57,147 nucleotides of DNA from Elusimicrobiales bacterium (GTDB lineage Bacteria > Elusimicrobiota > Elusimicrobia > Elusimicrobiales > UBA9959). Below are positions 54,792 to 57,147 of this stretch, in pieces. Position 1 is the stretch's first letter. Each line of letters begins with the position of its first letter. The translations under genes were made by a program, and so were the position numbers. The stretch is taken from the NCBI GenBank assembly GCA_036170455.1, contig JAVHPG010000233.1, positions 1 through 57,147 of the forward strand. Reading direction: 5' to 3'. The notes beneath the pieces are model-generated. The model saw only the letters and a program-made list of their open reading frames with translations, did not search any database and was not told the DNA's origin.

Positions 54792-55586
54792 CTAAATAGG
54801 GTTCCTCCGCCTGTCCGGGCCGGTCAGCTTGAGCATCCCGCCTTTGAACATCACGCCTTCCCTGAAACGCGGCATATAAACCTTCACCTGGGCTATCCAG
54901 GTCTCCCAGTCGTGGGGCCATTCCCCGCCCCAGCGGTCGTGCCAGCAGGTTATGCCCTTTTCCTTGATGATCCCGGAGAGCGCCTCCGCCTGGGCGTTAA
55001 AAGTTTCCCAGGCCCCGAGGCCGTGCGCGATCACGATATACCCTTCCCGGAGCTTTTCGAGGATGGCCGGGTCGTTAAGCCCCGGCGCGTAGCTGAGCGG
55101 CTCGTTGAAATAGATCCCCGGATCGAAGTAGCCGCCGATCTCGGCCTGCATATGGTAAACCCCGCTCAGGCATATCGCGGAATCGAACAGGTCCGGGTGC
55201 TTCAGGAAGAAGTTTGCGGAGTGAAAAGCCCCGAAGCTGTTGCCGGTGGCCATGAATTTCTCATTCACATTATAGACGCCGCGGATATAAGGGATCACCT
55301 CGCCGGTGATGCAGGCTTCGTACTGGTTATGCCTGCGGGCTATCCATTCGTCCCTGACCGGCTTGTACCAGCTTTCATTGTCCCGCCCGTCCACGCAGAA
55401 CACCATTATCTCGCCTTTCTCTATGAACTCGGAAAGGGCGCCGATCATCCCCTTGTTCTCGTAATCGAAGAACCTGCCGCAGGAAGTGGGGAACACCATG
55501 ACCGGCTTGCCCGACCAGCCATAGGCTTTGAACTCGAAATCCTGCCCGAGGCGCCGGCTGAAGAACTTGTGATAATTGATTTGCAT
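54792..55586 (-). CDS. esterase family (alpha/beta hydrolase) protein
   Basis: GNSFGAF nucleophile elbow (GxSxG). Putative-esterase-like length and layout. Confidence 0.78.
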   Translation of the reverse strand: MQINYHKFFSRRLGQDFEFKAYGWSGKPVMVFPTSCGRFFDYENKGMIGALSEFIEKGEIMVFCVDGRDNESWYKPVRDEWIARRHNQYEACITGEVIPYIRGVYNVNEKFMATGNSFGAFHSANFFLKHPDLFDSAICLSGVYHMQAEIGGYFDPGIYFNEPLSYAPGLNDPAILEKLREGYIVIAHGLGAWETFNAQAEALSGIIKEKGITCWHDRWGGEWPHDWETWIAQVKVYMPRFREGVMFKGGMLKLTGPDRRRNPI

Positions 55587-55656
55587 AGCTGTAGATACCG
55601 GGCTGTCACGGATTTGCCAGCACTATTTTATTATATTTAGTCTGCCGGAGGCAGTA

Positions 55657-55665
55657 TGCTAGAAT
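55657..55665 (+). promoter_or_regulatory. extended -10 promoter element TGCTAGAAT
   Basis: Ends 7 nt before the ATG at 55673 of the ATP-grasp gene, with no SD. Confidence 0.45.
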
Positions 55666-55672
55666 TATTTGT

Positions 55673-56887
55673 ATGAATTTTGTTTTTATTTCTCCCCATT
55701 TCCCCACTAATTACTACCTTTTCTGCCGGCGTCTGAAAGAGGCCGGGTTCACGGTGCTGGCCATAGGCGAGCCCGAGCTCGGCGAGCTCGGCCCGGAGCT
55801 GCAGCAGGCGCTGACCTGGTATTACAAGGTGGACGATCTGCATAACTACGGGGAACTTAAAGCTGCCTGCGGGTTCTTCACCGGGCGTTTCGGGAAGATA
55901 GACAGGCTGGATTCCCTGAACGAATACTGGCTGGAGACCGAAGCGCGCCTGCGCACCGAGTTCGGCGTCTACGGGGTGCAGAACGACACTATCGCCGACA
56001 TCCGGCACAAGTCCCGGATGAAAAAGATCTTCGCCGCCGCCGGCATCCCGCACGCCCGCGGCCGCCTGGCCCGCACCGCCGAAGATGTGCTGGCGCTCGC
56101 GAAGGAAACGCGCTTTCCCGTCATCGTGAAGCCGGACGACGGGATGGGCGCCGCTTTCACCTACAAGCTCAGGAACGCCGCCGAGATCGGAGAATTCTTC
56201 GCCGGCAAGCCGGACCGGGAGTTCATAGCCGAGGAATTCATCCCCGGCGACATAGTGACCTTCGACGGCCTGGCGGACCGGGACGGGAAAATAGTTTTCT
56301 GCACTTCCCACGTCTACGGCGAGGGCGTGATGGAAACCGTCCTGGCCGATTCCCATATCTATTATTATTCGACCCGGGAGATCCCCGCGGACCTGGAAAA
56401 AGCCGGGCGCAAACTTGTGGACGCTTTCAAGGTGCGGGAGCGGTTCTTCCATTTCGAGTTCTTCCGCAGGAAGGACGGCACGCTCTGCGCGCTCGAAGTC
56501 AATATCAGGCCCCCCGGCGGTTTTACCGTGGATATGTTCAACTATTCCTGCGATATGGACGTTTACGCGCTCTGGGCGCGCGTCATGACCGGGGCCCCGG
56601 TTTCATTCGATTATAAGAGGAAGTATTTTTGCTGTTATATCGGGCGCAAGAACCGGCTGGAATACAAGCGCTCCCACGAAGAGGTCATGAACGGGCTGGG
56701 CGATATCATCGTGCAGCACCAGGAGCTGGCTCCCGTGCTGGCCCGCGCGATGGGCGATTACGGCTATATCGTAAGGGCCGAAAAGCTGGACGCGGTCCTG
56801 GACGCAGTTAAATTCATCCAGGAACTGAGGAGCCGGCCGGAAGTCCCGGCGGCCCGGGTCTTGCCGCCCGCGGGACTTGATTTTTAG
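55673..56887 (+). CDS. ATP-grasp domain protein (carboxylate-amine ligase-like)
   Basis: FPVIVKPDDGMGA, EEFIPGD and ALEVNIRPPGG motifs of the ATP-grasp fold. Confidence 0.83.
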   Translation: MNFVFISPHFPTNYYLFCRRLKEAGFTVLAIGEPELGELGPELQQALTWYYKVDDLHNYGELKAACGFFTGRFGKIDRLDSLNEYWLETEARLRTEFGVYGVQNDTIADIRHKSRMKKIFAAAGIPHARGRLARTAEDVLALAKETRFPVIVKPDDGMGAAFTYKLRNAAEIGEFFAGKPDREFIAEEFIPGDIVTFDGLADRDGKIVFCTSHVYGEGVMETVLADSHIYYYSTREIPADLEKAGRKLVDAFKVRERFFHFEFFRRKDGTLCALEVNIRPPGGFTVDMFNYSCDMDVYALWARVMTGAPVSFDYKRKYFCCYIGRKNRLEYKRSHEEVMNGLGDIIVQHQELAPVLARAMGDYGYIVRAEKLDAVLDAVKFIQELRSRPEVPAARVLPPAGLDF

Positions 56888-56968
56888 CATTCGGGCGGCT
56901 GACGCCGCATAACCCGGCTATTGCCCGGCCGGCTGTACAGAGAGCGTCCCGTATTATAGGATTAAGAT

Positions 56969-57147
56969 ATGAAAACAATTCTCCCCAGCCGTAAAAAATC
57001 CGCCCCCGTCCGCCGCGGCCGCTGCGCTGCGGACTTTCTCCACGACCCTTATTTAAACAAAGGCACGGCTTTTACCGAGGTCGAGCGCAAGCGCTTCGGA
57101 CTTCTCGGCCTGCTGCCGCCCCAGGTCAGCACGATCGAGCAGCAATG
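56969..57147 (+). CDS. NAD(P)-dependent malic enzyme, N-terminal fragment (runs off window)
   Basis: The [28 protein letters not shown] motif is characteristic of the malic enzyme N-terminus. Confidence 0.75.
   Translation, partial: MKTILPSRKKSAPVRRGRCAADFLHDPYLNKGTAFTEVERKRFGLLGLLPPQVSTIEQQ

Noticed and set aside
54639-56452. 333-aa plus-strand ORF (54639-55640) and 271-aa minus-strand ORF (55637-56452)
   Set aside because: They are antisense to the esterase and the ATP-grasp gene respectively, and both of those carry family motifs.

Overview
This 57-kb window is a densely coding, high-GC bacterial chromosome segment. Most genes look roughly 55-70% G+C by eye, and about 57 protein genes are spread over both strands. 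All functions were assigned by reading motifs in the supplied translations, with no database search.

Diderm hallmarks are present: a TolC-MacA-MacB type efflux operon, KdsC, and a GspG-like pseudopilin.

Housekeeping content:
- A pyrimidine cluster in the order pyrC, pyrD, an inserted gene, pyrF, pyrE.
- Mismatch repair genes mutL and mutS.
- A Dus-family tRNA dihydrouridine synthase, folD, nadA and trmO.
- A PduO-type corrinoid adenosyltransferase, a NifU-like protein, CcdA, TerC and an SPFH/prohibitin protein.
- A class B (B12-binding) radical SAM enzyme and a two-subunit Fe-S flavoprotein oxidoreductase.
- A partial malic enzyme at the 3' edge.

I found no rRNA, tRNA, CRISPR array, transposase or integrase. 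The many long ORFs antisense to real genes are typical high-GC artefacts and were rejected.

Items worth a second look:
1. Tandem heptamer (RGAATCG)n arrays at two separate intergenic sites, one of them built as a 20-bp inverted repeat right at the mutS start.
2. A 118-bp imperfect palindrome or candidate structured RNA between a zinc-ribbon gene and a membrane-anchored gene.
3. Two low-GC single-gene insertions flanked by short repeats. One is an FkbM-like methyltransferase splitting the pyr cluster. The other is an AAA+/PD-(D/E)xK (DUF4143-type) ATPase.
4. A 380-bp AT-rich spacer inside the pyr cluster.
5. A secreted protein made of five ~67-aa tandem repeats.
6. A pseudopilin fused to a LamG-like domain.
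7. A dispersed glycosylation toolkit: a methyltransferase/GT2 fusion, an SDR epimerase, and two GT-C-like/TPR membrane proteins, one of them TMTC-like.
8. A divergent esterase / ATP-grasp pair.
9. Operator-like repeats in front of two small HTH genes.
10. Extended -10 promoters abutting start codons, which suggests leaderless mRNAs.

None of these amounts to a proven new system. Each needs homology, covariation or expression data that I cannot generate here.
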